Shown here: one piece after another, positions 11,841 through 26,869 of the stretch
How the letters are laid out: every line of letters starts with the position of its first letter
Numbering within the stretch: position 1 is the first letter of the stretch
DNA from: Octopus sinensis
Lineage: Eukaryota
Direction of reading: 5' to 3'
DNA: 64,000 nucleotides
Assembly: GCF_006345805.1 (NCBI RefSeq)
Contig: NC_043011.1
Span: forward strand, 31,694,464 to 31,758,463
Made by a program: the position numbers and the translations under genes
Notes under the pieces: model-generated
Seen by the model: only the letters and a program-made list of their open reading frames with translations
Database searches by the model: none
Told to the model about the DNA's origin: nothing

Positions 11841-14565
11841 AGCAATTTGTATTTAATTAATTACACCATTCTCTAAATTTGTGGCGTTGTGGCTCTGTTA
11901 GAATTTACTACTACTACTACTGGTGGTGGTGGTATATATATATATATATTTTTTCCCTTTCTCTCCCTACTCCTAATAATATATTTAAATCCACAACATA
12001 GTTTCATTCTATGAGAACAAATGGTTGCTAGGAACCCAAGCAAGAGAGAAAAATGAAATAAATTTATAAACAATGATAAATGATATTTATTTAAGTTACT
12101 TTCTTTTTATCCTTAAATAATTTTATCTCAATTTTTATCAAGTTAGATCTTTGTGAGTAGTTTAAAAAAAAAAAGTTTAATGCTCATTTAAAGAAACTGC
12201 TTAATTTAATTTCAGTACAGTGCAAAAAAAAAAACAAAAAAAACAATGCAAAAAAAAAAAGGACAGCTCATATTTGTTCCTTATGTTTTTTCTTTTACTT
12301 CAAATTTATTAATATCTTACCAAGTTTGTTTCAATAACTTTCTTGAAACAAAATTTTTACCTTGAGTTGCTTTTAAAAGCAGATGTCTTTATTTTCATGA
12401 AAACAAAAAGTAACTTTTAAAGTAACTTTGGTCAATTTTACAAATATGACTCAGTGCAAATTTATTGGCATTATCATTTTAAAATCAGGGACCAGTTTTA
12501 AGTGATTTCTTTGTTTGTTTTTGTTCTAGTGTCTTTTTGTATAATCTTATTTTTGTTTTGTTTATATAATTCACAAGATATCAATGTGTATTTTATTCCT
12601 ACTTCATTGTGTATGTATTGCGTTAGTGGTAATTGCTGTGCTCTTGTTTTATAGCTCCAATTCAATTGTTATATGCCAGGTCAGTTCAGCCAAATGACTT
12701 TCCAGCTATGACTATCCAGTTTTATTTTTGATGGAAGATCAAAGTGTATCATCTTATGTCTTCTATTTTGTTTTCTTTAGGGTGTGATTTGAAGGAAATG
12801 TAACTGCTGTTTCTAGTAGGTTTGAATGACCACATGGAGGATCTTGTTGGCTTATTGTTTTGTCACAGTTGTTCATAATGGTAGTGGTGGTGATGGTGGG
12901 CTCATAATGTAGCAATAGTTTCTGGTGGCTTTGTTTCAATTCCTTGTTGGAGTAGCTTCATTTACTATGTTAATGTTATTGTGAAAGGCATGAGCATTCT
13001 CTACCTCCTCCTCTTCCTCCTCATCATCATCACAGTATTTGGTAATGGTTGAGGTTATAGGATGTAAGGCTAAAATGCTTTGTAGTGTTTAGTTTTCCCC
13101 TTTTCTCTCACAAGTTTCAAATCCCATTAGGGTAAACTTTGTCTTTCATTATCCCTTGAGATCAATAAGGCAATATACTGTTGTATCTAGTCAAGAGAAA
13201 TCTATGAGTATTATTATTACTATTATTCTTGGATGTACTGCTTCTTTTCTCTTAAAAGTTACTTATAACTCTTGGAAGAAAAACTGTAATCAGTTTCCAA
13301 GTTTTCCTTTTAAAATTTCATTTCCAAATTCTACTAGTGTTGTTCGTTTTTTACAAAAAAATTTTTTGTCTTCTGATAAGACAGCAGTGGTGGTATTATA
13401 GGTGTAATGTGGTCATGGTTATGATGATGATGCTTCAGGCCTCTGGGTTCCCAGGATGTTGCATGCTTTCATAGCAGACATAATATTGCTTTCTTAGGCA
13501 AGATGCTTAAAGCTATGTCCCCAACATCTTATTAAGGGAGTGATGGTTCAATGATTCTGTAATGGTGTTGTCTAGAAATTTCTTGAAGCTGATTAATTTG
13601 TTAAGCTCCTATACCTTCTACAACCCACCTTCTATAGTAATAATCAGATTGTTGTATTTAATAAAAACATTTAACCCTTTGGCATTTAAACTGGCCATAT
13701 CCGGCCAGGATATTCTACCTGTTTAATGCTCAAACTGGTCATATCTGGCCTCTCACACTAGGGTGTGTGTGTGTTACTCAGGATGTTGTATATGTATAGA
13801 GACCCAACAGTTTATAAACATCTAAAAAATTACTGTTGAGTCTGTATACATATATCACATGGTTGGTTATATGCAAGCATTCTCAGAAAGGATATTCTCT
13901 CCAGATTTCACGTATAATTAGTAGAAATATACTTGCAAGGCTATATTTACATCAATTGTACAAATATGTGTGTGTGTTTGTGTTTATAATGTTTTTAGTC
14001 TTTTTCCAGTTCTGTATATTTTTATCAATGTATGTGAATGTGATTGTGTGTGTATTACTTTTTTGTTTTTCTATCTAGAATCTGTAGTTCAGTGGGAGCA
14101 CTACTGCACTTTGTAAACTGGGACTGTAGCTTCAAACCCAAATATTTGAACTTTCATCTGATATGAAACTAAATGATTTAGTAAATCATGCAGATTAAAG
14201 ATTTACTAGCATAGTCATACTGTAGCAATGCAGCTTTGGTTTCGTTCCATAGTTAAGATTCTTTCCTTTTTGACATAAACATAAAAATAATTAGTAACAA
14301 GGTAGAAAAAAACAATAAGTGTATAACAAAGAATATAGTTTCCAAAGATGTTCTCTCCTGAGATTGCAACGAATTTTGCACCATTTCAAGAGCCAAACAC
14401 AAATGCATTTTTAAAAAAAAATGAAAAAGAAAATAATGTATTTTGTGGATCTCTATAAACTGTTGACATTGTTTTAGTTTTCAATATTACATGAAATTTC
14501 CACAGACACTACTGGTAATCATGAAATTACAATTCTCAAAAAAAAATTTTCTTTTTCTTTTGAAG

Positions 14566-14653
14566 GTTTACTCACCTAGCCCAGATGAGTACCGTCAAGA
14601 TTCACCGCAGTATCCGTCTCCAAAACCAAGTATCTATGAGTCCTATATGTACG
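14566..14653 (+). CDS. TCF12/TCF4 (da): E-protein exon VYSPSPDEYRQDSPQYPSPKPSIYESYMY(D), 88 nt, phase 0 to 1
   Basis: ctttttcttttgaag|GTTTAC...TACG|gtgagt; aligns by eye to TCF4 [23 protein letters not shown]. Confidence 0.93.
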
Positions 14654-14748
14654 GTGAGTACTTAATATTTCTTTCTCCATTATTTTACAAATCAAAATTT
14701 TGTGGTTAATAGCTTGCTTCCTTTCCTACCTCCCATTTGGACCTTTAA

Positions 14749-14968
14749 CCCTTTCGTTACCAACCCGGCTAAAACCGGCTCTGGCTCTGAGTACAAATGT
14801 CTTGTTTTCATAAGTTTTGAATTAAAATCTTCCACCAAACCTTAGTCACAATTTATGTTCCTAACACTAACTTAATGGTAACTAAGTTATTTTTCTGAAT
14901 TCTTTGTTATATTTAAAGTAATTGAAAAAAACACTGAGCATCTTAAAATAAATATAGTAACAAAAGGG
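14749..14968. mobile_element. piggyBac-like MITE (family P1), 220 bp, TTAA target duplication
   Basis: TTAA|CCCTTTCGTTAC...GTAACAAAAGGG|TTAA; related copies near 15150-15355, 20865-21080 and 42903-43123 (reverse orientation). Confidence 0.85.
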
Positions 14969-16200
14969 TTAAGATGAACTATATGAACATATTTAGGCAT
15001 AGTTTACTTAAACCCTATATATAAGACTCATTTTATTCTTCTTTGAAGTCTATCAGAATAACTCATATTAGGAAGAGCTGATCTACTTTACTGCTATTTG
15101 AAATGTGTTTACAAAGGAGATTATTTTTACTTCTTCGTGAACTCTGAAACATTTCATCCTTTTGCTACCAACCTGCCTGAGACGACCCTTATTTCTACAG
15201 TACAAGCTTCCAGTTTTAGAGTAACCTAAATTAAAAACCTTTCATCAGAATTCCATGCTCAGTTATATTCTAAACAGCAGTTTAATAATGACAAAATAGT
15301 TTTACTTAATACTTGTTTATTTTAAAAATGATTTTGAAATACAGTAGCAAAAAGATTAAATCTATATTTTTTTCATTATTATACTGCTGTTTTTACAGCA
15401 TAAAATATCAGTGAATGATGCTATTTCCACAATATTTTGTACATTATCATTTACAGAAAGTTTGTCCCTCTTATTTTTAAAAAAATAAACTTGCCAGATA
15501 TCCCATCAAGTGTGCACATGTATTTTGCTTCAAATTCAGTATTTTACTGGGGCATTTAGTTGATTTTTTAAATATATTTTTTGCACAAGTCTAAATTGGA
15601 ATAAAGTTGTTTAAGATTAGAAATGGTTAACTGAAGTTCAGTTAGAATGTATTAGAGCTTCAGATAGTTTCAGTGAAGTTCTTAATCTTATCAGTTTATA
15701 ATTTGCTACTTCACAATAGATCTACATTAATAAACTTATTAAAGGTAGAGTTAAATTTAATGCAAATTTTCATTATTTTGTCCTATTATTTTTCTCAAAG
15801 ATCAGAAGTAAAGGAACAGTTGTATTTAGCAATATAAAGTTTGGTGCATATATTTAAACACATTAGCTGATGTGAATATTTAACAGTATAAAATGTTAAT
15901 CATTGTAAATAGTTTTTCATGCTGGCTTTTCTCTGTGTGTGTGTGTGTGTGTGTGTGCGTGCGTAAATATATATGTGTATATAATACTTGAAATTCCATG
16001 AAATGTTTAAAACTATGACTGCGGTTTTTGTTTTAAGGAAAGATTCTTTTTCAGGATGATTTACTTAGTTTCTAATTAGCAAATTAATCTGAAATTACCA
16101 TATTTATTTGTGCATATGTTGCACTATTTTATACTTGATTTTAAATGAAACAAGACAGGTATTGCTCTGATAGGTACCAGATGTATTTACAAATCTTTAA

Positions 16201-16419
16201 CCCTTTAGTGTTTAAACCAGCCATATTTGGCCCAAATATTTTATCTTTTATGTCCAAACCAGCCAGATCAGATCTCTCATGTGTTCCCTACAATGTTATT
16301 CTAAAAATGCAACAATCATATTATTGAACTCTCAAAGCTACGAGATAATGCATAATTAATTCAAAATAATGTGAATAAATAAGCTTTACGTTTGACAGAA
16401 AAATCTGAATGCTAAAGGG
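16201..16419. mobile_element. piggyBac-like MITE (family P2), 219 bp, TTAA target duplication
   Basis: TTAA|CCCTTTAGTGTTTA...GAATGCTAAAGGG|TTAA. Confidence 0.85.
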
Positions 16420-16832
16420 TTAAAAGCAAAAAGCATTCCGTAAATGAATGGTACAGCTAAATTGATCCATGTGAAATTTAGGAGCTGTTTTCTTGGTGTA
16501 TAAATTCAAGTATTTTTAATTCTCATACATATCTTAAAATTTTACTGCTTTGTAAAATATTTTTATTCTGATAATTGATATGTCAATCAATTTGATTCTA
16601 CTTCCATTCTCATTGTTTCATTTTCTTAGTGTAACACAACCACATGGAATACTTACTGATCTAAAGTTAGGTTTAGAAAGCTTTTTTTTTTTATATAGCT
16701 ACAAGCATCATAATAATTCTAATCCCATTACTGTTTGTTGAATCTAGCCTTCAGTACACACACACACATGCACCATGTTTGAAAGACATAAATAAGAATG
16801 CGTACAATACAATTATATGGGAATAAAATTCA

Positions 16833-16863
<31 letters not shown>

Positions 16864-18451
16864 GACACATTTTATTCTATGTATAATCCTATGTTGACTT
16901 CAGCTGGTAGGTTATAGCCAGTAAAAGATTAAGATTCTCTGTGTGTTTCAACAACTGTGTGTGTGTGTGTTCATACACCCAAAACTCATATAAGCATGTG
17001 TGCAATATATATACTGAAAGATATTCATAACATTCTTGGTTTTCATGTTGTTGACTGCTGCATATTTTTTCTATCTGTTATAAATATTTTCATTCTTGAC
17101 CCTTCCATTTCTGCCAACAGTAGTTATTGTGGTGGCTGTGATATTCTATTCTAGGTGTAAATTCTGCTCTGAATGAGATGCTAAAGTATTAAATATACGA
17201 TATAAAAAAATGATATATTATTAAACCAATCTATTGTTTTGTTTAACTTTGATCTTAATTTAAATAAGTTTCTTGAGATTAGAAATGATTACCCATTGCA
17301 AAATAATATATGTACCATTTGTTAATGTTTAATTAGATTTAATTATATAACTTCTGATAGTTTCTGTAATATTGTTGATCCTGTTAGTATATGATTTGCT
17401 ACTTAACAACAGAGCCACATCAAGTCTAGTGAAGTTGAATTTATTACCGGTAGAATTAAATGAAATGTAAATTCTCACTAATTTTATTTATTTATTTCAA
17501 AGCAAATAAACCAGTATATTTAAATAAGTAATGCTTGCTGTGTGTGTGTGTGTGTGTGTTTAATCATATATGCTGGGGTATATATTTAACAACATAAAAT
17601 ATTTGCATACTTGACAGTATAGCAGTAGATTCTCTGGTTCATTACATTAAACACTAATGTACTGGGCTTGTAGATATATGCTTAAGAGTAATCCACCGGC
17701 CCTTTACATTAAAAGCATCATAAACTCTATCTTGTATATCTGGTTTGTTAACTCAGTCCAAATTCATAATTTAATTGGTGTTCCATGACCATCTTTTTTT
17801 TTAACGCTGTCATAAAATATGGTTTCCATTTTAAAGGCAGTAAGAAGCTTGAAAAATACATCAGCAGTTGAACAACCAAGTACAGGCTCCTACACTGGAA
17901 TAAAAAAAAAAAAGAGAATAAGTGTGTGTTTATATAAACATACATACATGTGTACAACATTAAAGAGATTTCTTATTTGATATGGTTTTACTTTTACAGC
18001 ATAAATTTTAAGCTTTTGGTCCAAATATTCAGTATTTTTGTGCTCTTTGGTATCAACAAAATTATGAAAATATTGTCCCTAATTGGTATTTAAGTTAGCT
18101 GGTCTTTGTAACTCATTTTTCAATTTATTATTTTAAAAATTTCAGCTTAGACTAAGTCCCAACAATTACCCATTTTCTAATTAAACTTTTGAATTAGTGC
18201 TGTTCATTGAATTTAAAATACTATATTTGCCAGTCTGTAAGACACACTCTTGCATAAAATAAACCCTTCCTTTTTTTATGTTTTTAAAGAAAAAATGTAA
18301 TGTTTCATTCTCTTGGTATCCTATCCACGATACAGTCAAACCTTTTGTTACATTTAAGAATTTTTAAAAATGCGTCTTAGATACCAGCTTGGACAATATT
18401 TAATGTTTTAGAATTGAATTTAAACTATTTAATGTTTCTTTCTCTTGACAG

Positions 18452-18597
18452 ATAATCCACATAGTTCTAGCGACCCATGGTCTCAAAATAATGGCCTTCC
18501 TACATCCTCATACACTTCATCAGTTCTACACAATAGTAGTTCCCATCATTATAGTCAGCCATCAACTTACAGTGGCATGCATCATACCCATGACATG
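18452..18597 (+). CDS. TCF12/TCF4 (da): E-protein exon (D)NPHSSSDPWSQNNG...HHTHDM, 146 nt, phase 1 to 0
   Basis: tttctttctcttgacag|ATAAT...GACATG|gtaagt; conserved SSDPW motif. Confidence 0.93.
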
Positions 18598-19278
18598 GTA
18601 AGTAAATTATTTTGTTTTCTCTTGATTTTGTTCATTTCTCTCTAAACATCAACATAACCCAGATATATGTATAAGGGTTTGTGATATTATGTAGTTTGAA
18701 AGTAAGCAAACCTTCATCAGACATATATCAAGACTACAATAGTTCTTTGATATGTGACCAGTTAACCAATTCCGATATTAAATCAAATTCCAGCCTGATT
18801 AATTCTAGATTAATGGTTAAGACCAGTAGAGATGGTCATATATTCTACTGAACAATTGACATCAGAAATTTCATTAGGTCTTAAAATTCATTGAAATAAT
18901 TCAATTGTTTCTTAGAACACAGTCAAGATGAACTTACTAATACGAGAAACTTGTTACTGTGTATATTCTTGTATGTACATACAAGAATGTGCCTTATTTT
19001 CCATCATTGCATTAACTGTAGTCTCTCATCCTGAACATACTTTCTACCAGAAGGTCTGTAATATTCATCATCATTGTTCTGAATTACTGTTCTGCTACTG
19101 TTGCTTTCAGGACGCCACGTGATCATCACCTTCCCTTCTTCATCCATGTTATTAAGATAACTTATATCTTAACACTATTTAATCTTTCTTCCTCTATCTC
19201 CAGTTGCCCCAGCAAATTAAAATCCTGTTACTTTATACCTGGGTTTCTTAGTGTTTTTTTTTCTTCTCTTTTCTTTTC

Positions 19279-19310
<32 letters not shown>

Positions 19311-21261
19311 GTTCATTATACCCGCCTACAGCATTAAATAAATTTTAATTGGAGCAGATGGGTGGTTTGGAGGAAAATAAGGCTGAGTAAGAAATCTCAG
19401 AGGAATATTATTTTCATTTGTTATCTGCTTGACTGCTTGTTATGATAGTTAATATTAGGGAACTATTGTGAGGCTCTTAGCACGAAAATTGAATGTTGCT
19501 ATCTTTCGGCATATAAAATATCAGACTGGTTGGCTGGACAAATTATTTCATCACTTAACAAAATCAGCCATATATTGTTCTTCTAATCCTTAACTTTATT
19601 GACAGATGACTAGTTAAGTAAATTTAGACTACATTGTGTAGTCTGCTTTTAAGGATGATTAACATTATAGATTTTCTATTTCTCATGTTATAGGTTTAGC
19701 AATTTAAATTTCTATATGTTAATACCATTGATTATTTCATGTATCCACCTCACGCAAGTATAAAAAAGGGGCAATAGAATGACAGAAATCATTGTTGTCA
19801 TTACTTTTATCATCTAATTTCAGTTTTCTGGCTAATTTAATATCTGCCACCATGAACAATTTTGCTTGTTCTAAATTAAGATGAAGAAAGATGACACAGT
19901 TCATCAGGTCAAGTGGGTTTATAATGAAATTTAACAAAACATTTGTGAAGTTTACATTTAAGGCCCATGATTTCATGATAGTAATATAGAATAGTAACTA
20001 AACATTCATGATTTCACCCACAAATAGATTTTAAATACGTCAGACCATAAAAAATATAATTACTTTTTTTAGTTCCTTTCTCATATTGCCTGTATACTGT
20101 AGATCATCTGCGTATTAGATGCATTTAGGCAAACCATGACATTTACCCTCGATAGACTTATTAGTAAATACATTCCTCAAGAGATTTAGGCAAGATGTTT
20201 TTAATGAGTTTAGTTGTATATTTATGAATTTAAATAGTGTGAACATAGCATAAAAGGCTGTGAATTAGGGTAAAGTGTCTGCACCAGGATTCAAAGGAAA
20301 TAAATCAAAATAATGACTTGTAGTAAACATAATAAGAAATTTGAGACTTGGTAATTTGTGGGACTTAGCAGCATAATTTGTTAATGCTGGAGGCATTTAT
20401 TGGATATGAATTTGTGTCACTCTTAACACTTTAATCTTTTCCTTAGTTTGATGTTTTATTTGTTTAATTGCCGTCATGGTAGTTAAATATAACTCTAGTC
20501 ATACAAAACAGTATTTTTTCTTAGAATCAGTCTGTTTTATTATTTTCATTGTATTGATTTTGTGCTGAACATATATGGAATACATAATTTGTTTTTTTAA
20601 AAGATGCTTTCTATTACCTGTGAAATAAATGCAAGATTAAAAAAAATTTTCTTCCTATAAATAGCTGATTTCATGCTCAGTATCTTGGATAAATGTTTTT
20701 TATGGCAGCCCCAAAACCAACCAAGCCTTAGGAATGGATTTGGTAGATGGAAACTGAAAGAAGTTTTTGTATATGTGTGTGTGTGTTGTCCTTGTTTACA
20801 TTTGTTATTCTTTGAAAATCATGAACTATAAGTGGTGATGTTGCTATAATTTTTTTCCTGTTAATCCTTTTGATACCAACCTGCTCAAGACTGTCCCTAG
20901 TTGATACAAACTTTCTATATTAAGTGATCTAAATTAAAATCTCCCATTAAAATTTCATGTTAATTTATGTTCCAATTAGTAACTTAGTAAATGATGAAGA
21001 TATTTTAGTAAATTCTTTATTATTTTCAAAATTAATTGAAATAAAGAGGGTGTAATTCAATAAAAATATGGTAACAAAAGAGCTAATGAATTGTCTCCTG
21101 GATTTTCACCTTCAAAATCATGTGAAATAAGTGATCTCTTACTAGTAAAACAGTAAAAGTTAGTGACAGAAAGGGCATCCAGCTGTAAAGCAATGCTTTG
21201 ATAATATCCTAGCATGGCAAAAAAAAAATTGTGTTTATGGGCAGTGGGCCAGGCTGTTTAA

Positions 21262-21480
21262 CCCTTTAGTATTCAAGCCAACCATATCTTGTCAAAATAT
21301 TCTACGCTTTATGTTCAAACCAGCCATATCTGGCCTCTCGTGCCTACTCTATAATGTCCTTCTATAAATAAGCAATCACATTATGAAAATCTCAAAGCTA
21401 CAAGATAATCCATGATTAATTTAAAACAATGTGAATAAATAAGCATTACATTTGACAGAATAAGTCTGAATGTTAAAGAG
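21262..21480. mobile_element. piggyBac-like MITE (family P2), 219 bp
   Basis: TTAA|CCCTTTAGTATTC...GAATGTTAAAGAG|TTAA; internal sequence homologous to the 16201 copy. Confidence 0.8.
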
Positions 21481-22458
21481 TTAATGGGCTAATCCCTGGA
21501 ACGCAAGCTAACATTAAAAGAGGTCAAGTAGTTCAAGAGTATGCCTCAGTCACATGATTCTAGGTGTTTCCACAAAACCTTATGTGAGAAAATCTTTAAG
21601 CTGAACACTGTATATTAATGGAACATGACTGAACAAAAGTCCCCTGTGGTGTATAGTGCCACCTGAGTTGACTTTCTTTCGCACTAAAATCATCTTTGCA
21701 TTTTGACTCCCACGTGGTCAGTAAATTAAGTACCCATATTGAAGGTCTATATTATGAAGGTAGTGCTCAATTCATAGCAGTTCAAAGACACTGTAAAAGA
21801 ATATACAAATAGTTGTATGGTTAGGAAGCTTGCTTCCCAACCACATGATTTCAGGTTCAGTCCCATTGCATGGCACCTTGGGCAAGTGTCTTCTGCCATA
21901 GTAGTTACTGTCATGTGTGTACATGTGTGTAAGTGCTTGTGCCTCCTAAAAAAGAGAGGGAATACTTTTACTTGTTTCAGTCGACCATTAAGGTCTCAGC
22001 CACAAAATCAGTGACTTTCTATGAAAGCACACAAAATCATGAGTTAGTATGCCATCATGGAAGATCACCAGTCTTGCTTATATCATTTCATGATTGATTA
22101 TAATTTTTTAACTTGGTGTGTTAGTTCGTACACTGAAGGCACAGGCATGGCTCTGTAGTGTCCAGTTCAGTCCTGCTGCATGGCATTTTGAGTTAATGTT
22201 TTCTACAACAGCCTTTAGCCTACAAAAGCCTTTACGAGATGATTTGGTTGGCAGAAGGTTTAAGAAGCCTGCTCTGTGTGTGTGTGTTTGCATGAGTGGA
22301 GTGAGGATTATTTGTGCCTCCTTGTCTTGAACATTTGCTTGGTAGTTGTAAATGAGCACCATCATCGTACAAACGGTATTGTTCATTTCCACTCTTGCAT
22401 GGAAATGTGTCTGGCCATGGGGTAATATTATCTAGAACACAGGTGAGAGTTGATGGAC

Positions 22459-22540
22459 GAGCATTCAGCCATGGAATATCTGCATCAGCAAAGTGTACAT
22501 CTGTGTCATGCAATTTTGGAAAAGTAGGCATTAAGGTGAT

Positions 22541-22594
<54 letters not shown>

Positions 22595-22681
22595 TAAAGA
22601 TCACCTTAATGCCTACTTTTCCAAAATTGCATGACACAGATGTACACTTTGCTGATGCAGATATTCCATGGCTGAATGCTC
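22459..22681. repeat. Perfect inverted repeat: 88-bp arms around a (TA)n core
   Basis: 22459-22546 is the exact reverse complement of 22594-22681 (checked base by base); the 47-bp spacer is almost pure (AT)n. Confidence 0.97.
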
Positions 22682-22916
22682 TTCTGAGATCTTCTGAATG
22701 CTCTTACTGAGATCTCCCTTTTTAGTAGAAGAAATAGCTATAACTCTTTGACTGCTATTTCTAAATTCGGTATGTGGTAAGGCAATTCGTTGCTAAACCC
22801 TTTATTGCTTAGTATTACTTAAATTTTCCTCGAATGAGGCTTTTACATGCCGAAGACTACTTGGTGTAATTGATAATTATTCCAAATTAATTAATTTCAC
22901 CCTTCATTATTACGGA

Positions 22917-22978
<62 letters not shown>

Positions 22979-24440
22979 ATTTGAAAGAAAAGCTGTTCCT
23001 TATTTATGCACATACACATAACCATGCATGCATGTAAATCCCTGCACAGTTTCTGCCTTCCAGACTTGCTTTACAAGTCATTGGTGAACCCAAGGCTCAA
23101 GTAGAACACTTGCCCTTGATGTCATGCAATGGAACTGAACCCAATTTGTCAATAAACACACACACATGTGTGTGTATTTGTAGGCATGGTCTAGTGCTTA
23201 AAAAGTTCATTTTTATAATCATTTGGTGGGTAGAAACTGTGGAAGTTTGTTAAATGGACATTTAGTTTAAAAGGCCAGCCTTGTCACATACTCTATCTTG
23301 CTGATTCTGCCTGAGAATTAGGTTATGGTTTTAAAAGGAAAATACTCAGACATTATCTCCATAATTCAGTTGAACAACTGAAATACTTGAAACCATTCGA
23401 GGATCCATTTATTGTAGTATGTATGCATGTACTATTACAATACACTTTTTGTGACTAACACTAATTAGAAATCCATGATCAGCTCAATCTATTACTGTGA
23501 ATTGATTTGTCGTTATAGACAGGTATGTGCACAGACAAGTACATATACATATACACACAATATACATGTTCACATAAGCCTAAGTATACATTTATGTTCC
23601 TTCAGCTCGTACATGAACATATACTATACTTGCATGTGCTTACAGTCACATACATACAAATTTAACCACACAACCAGATGTAGACGTAGAATACACATAT
23701 ACACACACTGTCATGTAAGCATGAAAGTAAGCTTATTCACACATGCAGGTTGAGTAATGAATCCAAGTGCAAGCAGTAACCATTTCGGAAACTGCGTTTG
23801 TACTAAAGCAAACATACTTATACACACACATATGTATTGACATATTCTCTTTTTACGGTTGGTTTGTTCATTCATTTTACTCAATGACATGAGCCAATAT
23901 ACATGGCCCTTCAATAATGCTACAAATAGCAGCTATGTTGTTCTCAAATTACATTCTACTGTCTAGAAAAGGGGAGATTGGACTCATAATTCTCAGTGGG
24001 GTGTGCTCTGTGTCTGGGAAAGGAGTGGGATGGTCATAACTGGAATGCATTTCATAGTGAATATGTTTGATCAGGTATGATCAGGAAGTACACAACAACT
24101 GAAACAGCCACAGACCAGTGAGGTATCTCCATGGTTGCTTGAAATGTTACAAATGGCAGCCAAATCTCTTCTGGTCAGTGCTGCAATGCCTTTTATCATA
24201 CATATGCTCATTCAGAGCCTGGGACTAAACAGCAATAAAGTCTCTATGTAGTTGATCCACCTGCAAGAAATAGCAACTAAAGCTTAATAAAAAAGAGAGA
24301 TTCACTAGAGAATGTGAATTCTGATATTTTGAAATAGATGGGTTGGCTGGATAACTTTCATCAATGGTCTTCTCAGTCAGAGCTGACTTAGGTATATGTG
24401 CATGTATATATCAGTAAGTATTATATATATATACATACTT

Positions 24441-24490
<50 letters not shown>

Positions 24491-26869
24491 TCTTGGTTAC
24501 ATGTGTACAAACTGACTACATCAACAAACACACATGCAAGAACAAAAGGAAGCAACTCTAATGTTTTGGATGTTGCTTGTGTTTTAAAACAAAATATATA
24601 TATATATATATATATACCCTTTTTGTGATTGGTTCTTTTTACTCAACGACATGGGCCAATGAGGAGGCCCCTTAACATGGCCATTTGACAAGTTGCAAAT
24701 AGCAGTCATGTAACTCTCAAATTACATCCTACCGTCTGGAAAAGACATATTGGAATAATGTGGTTCTCAGTACATGCTCTGTGCTTGGGAATGGGATGGG
24801 GTGGTCACTGCTGGAATGCTTTTCATCATAAGTTCAGTCTAAAATGATGCTAACCTGGGGCTAAACAACTAACTAATGGAGCCACTTTATAGTCAATTAC
24901 ACCTGCTAGAAATAGCAGCTAAGCTCAAATCACACCCTACTTGTCTTCAAAAAAAAAAAGGAAGCGTGCATCAGAATGTTAGTCCCTGCTATACAATTTG
25001 ACAGATGTTTATTGTTGGAAGGCTTTAATCATAGGTCTTCTCAATCAGGTCTCATGGAGCTAAATAACAACTACAAATGTTTCAGGCTAGCAAAGAATCC
25101 TCTACAGTTATGATTCTCAATCTTTCTACTATCATTAAACATCTTCAGCTTGATGTGTTTGGCCATTTATTTCCTTTCTCTCTCATGCAAAAGTATGCAT
25201 TTAATAATCAATATATATAAACGACTCTACCTCTGTTAAAACTCATTTACAAACAAAAATATCCTTCTTAGCAGCAGTTTCTGCACACATGCACATACGT
25301 ACATCTTAATAACTGGGTATTTCTTTAATTGCCATTGCTACTAATAGTTTCACCCTTCAGCTAATTAATGTCTTTTAATCTAACTTTATTTGTTGATTAT
25401 TAAAACCAGGGTCTCAATAAAATCTTTTCTTATTCTGTTAGAATTTTAAGTGAAGCATTCCCATCAGTTATGCTTGTGTTATATTACTATGTATATTAAT
25501 TTCAGTTGTTATGTTCATTTGATCTAATTAATATATGTGGGTCTATATTTGTCTGTGCGTTATCATTTTATTTTAGCTATTTAATGTGTACATATCTTAA
25601 AAATGCTTTAAAAGTATCTGTTTATTACTCTTAGGATTTGTGTGTGAATGAATTTATAAATGAAGGGTGGACACTCCGATTTAATTATTTATTTTTCCTT
25701 GAATAATCATTGAACATTGAAAAGAATAAAAGTAAAGAAAGTAGAAAATAGACACAAAAGCAAATGCAATATATATACATATATACATACATACATACAT
25801 ATATATATATATATATTTTCTATAGGGTTTTTCTGTCTCTACTCATACAACTATTTTATTTCTTTATGTGCTTATCGATTTATTGGTTACTTAGATACTT
25901 ATGTAGGTTTCAGTTTATATTGGCCCGTGCCATGACTGGCTATAGCACCACGAGGAGAAGACAATTAATTGTAATTTCATGTTTGTGTGTGTGTTTCTGT
26001 GTTGACATCTGCTGGTGTAAAACTGAAGCCGAATCAAAAATTGTATATTTGCATATCATTAATTATAGATTTGTAAGGTTACGAGGTGTCAAAATCATTA
26101 CCATATGAGGGGAAATGGTTAGCAGAATTTCTTCCGGCTCTTTACATTCTAAATTCAAATGCTTCTAGTGGTGACTTTGTCTTTTATCTTTTCAGTGTCG
26201 ATACCAGTTGAGTACTGAGATCAATGTAATTGACTTTCGCCCTCCCTTCAGAACTGCTGGCCTTGTGCCAAAATTTGAATAGCAGAGGAGTAAAATAAAT
26301 ATGTGACTAAATTAGTAAAGTCACTATAATTGACTCGTAGTCCCTGGTGGTTGATGCCCAGTGTGGCTTCGGTCCAATGGCTAAAACTAATGAAGGGTTA
26401 AAAGAATGTCTATTAAGTCTCTTTTCCCATGCTTGTATAGCTGGTTGGATCTTCCGCAGCATAGAATCTCACTACCACCTATTTCATTCTTTTGTCATCA
26501 CCTTTATCAGGTTCAGCTTCCTGTGATAGAATTTCATTGCTTTTTCTCTTCTTCCATGCCCTCCTTATCTTACTCTTGGAGCCTTTAGATTTTAACAGCT
26601 TAAAACCCAAATCTAAAGGTTTCTAGCAGAGACGCAGATCTACATAGTGCAGAGTGTATAGTTTAATGAATTCAGTACTGATGTCAACTTTGCTTTTCAT
26701 TTTTTAGTAAAGTACCAGTATTTGACTTCAGTGAGGCATGAACTCAATGCAAGAAGCCAATTCAAACTGCTCTGCAGGCTTTACTTATAAAAAAAAAAAT
26801 TTAATAACAGGATCAGCTATTGTTTGTAACATTGCACACATGCATGTTGACACACACGCACGGCCAATT

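Noticed and set aside
1-14565. Canonical upstream E-protein exons (AD1; KVPPGLPSS exon preceding VYSPS)
   Set aside because: No splice-bounded segment encoding these motifs was found by eye; they probably lie upstream of the window
19111-19122. Acceptor-like ttgctttcag followed by GACGCCACGTGA
   Set aside because: The required phase-0 frame stops after 3 codons and no donor follows
21815-21900. tRNA-like sequence (gtatggttaggaagc...ggttcagtccc)
   Set aside because: A/B-box-like head of a family B SINE that continues into SINE body; no acceptor stem or cloverleaf
22108-22634. Four overlapping ORFs on both strands
   Set aside because: Explained by degraded SINE sequence plus the palindrome and (TA)n; no coding signature
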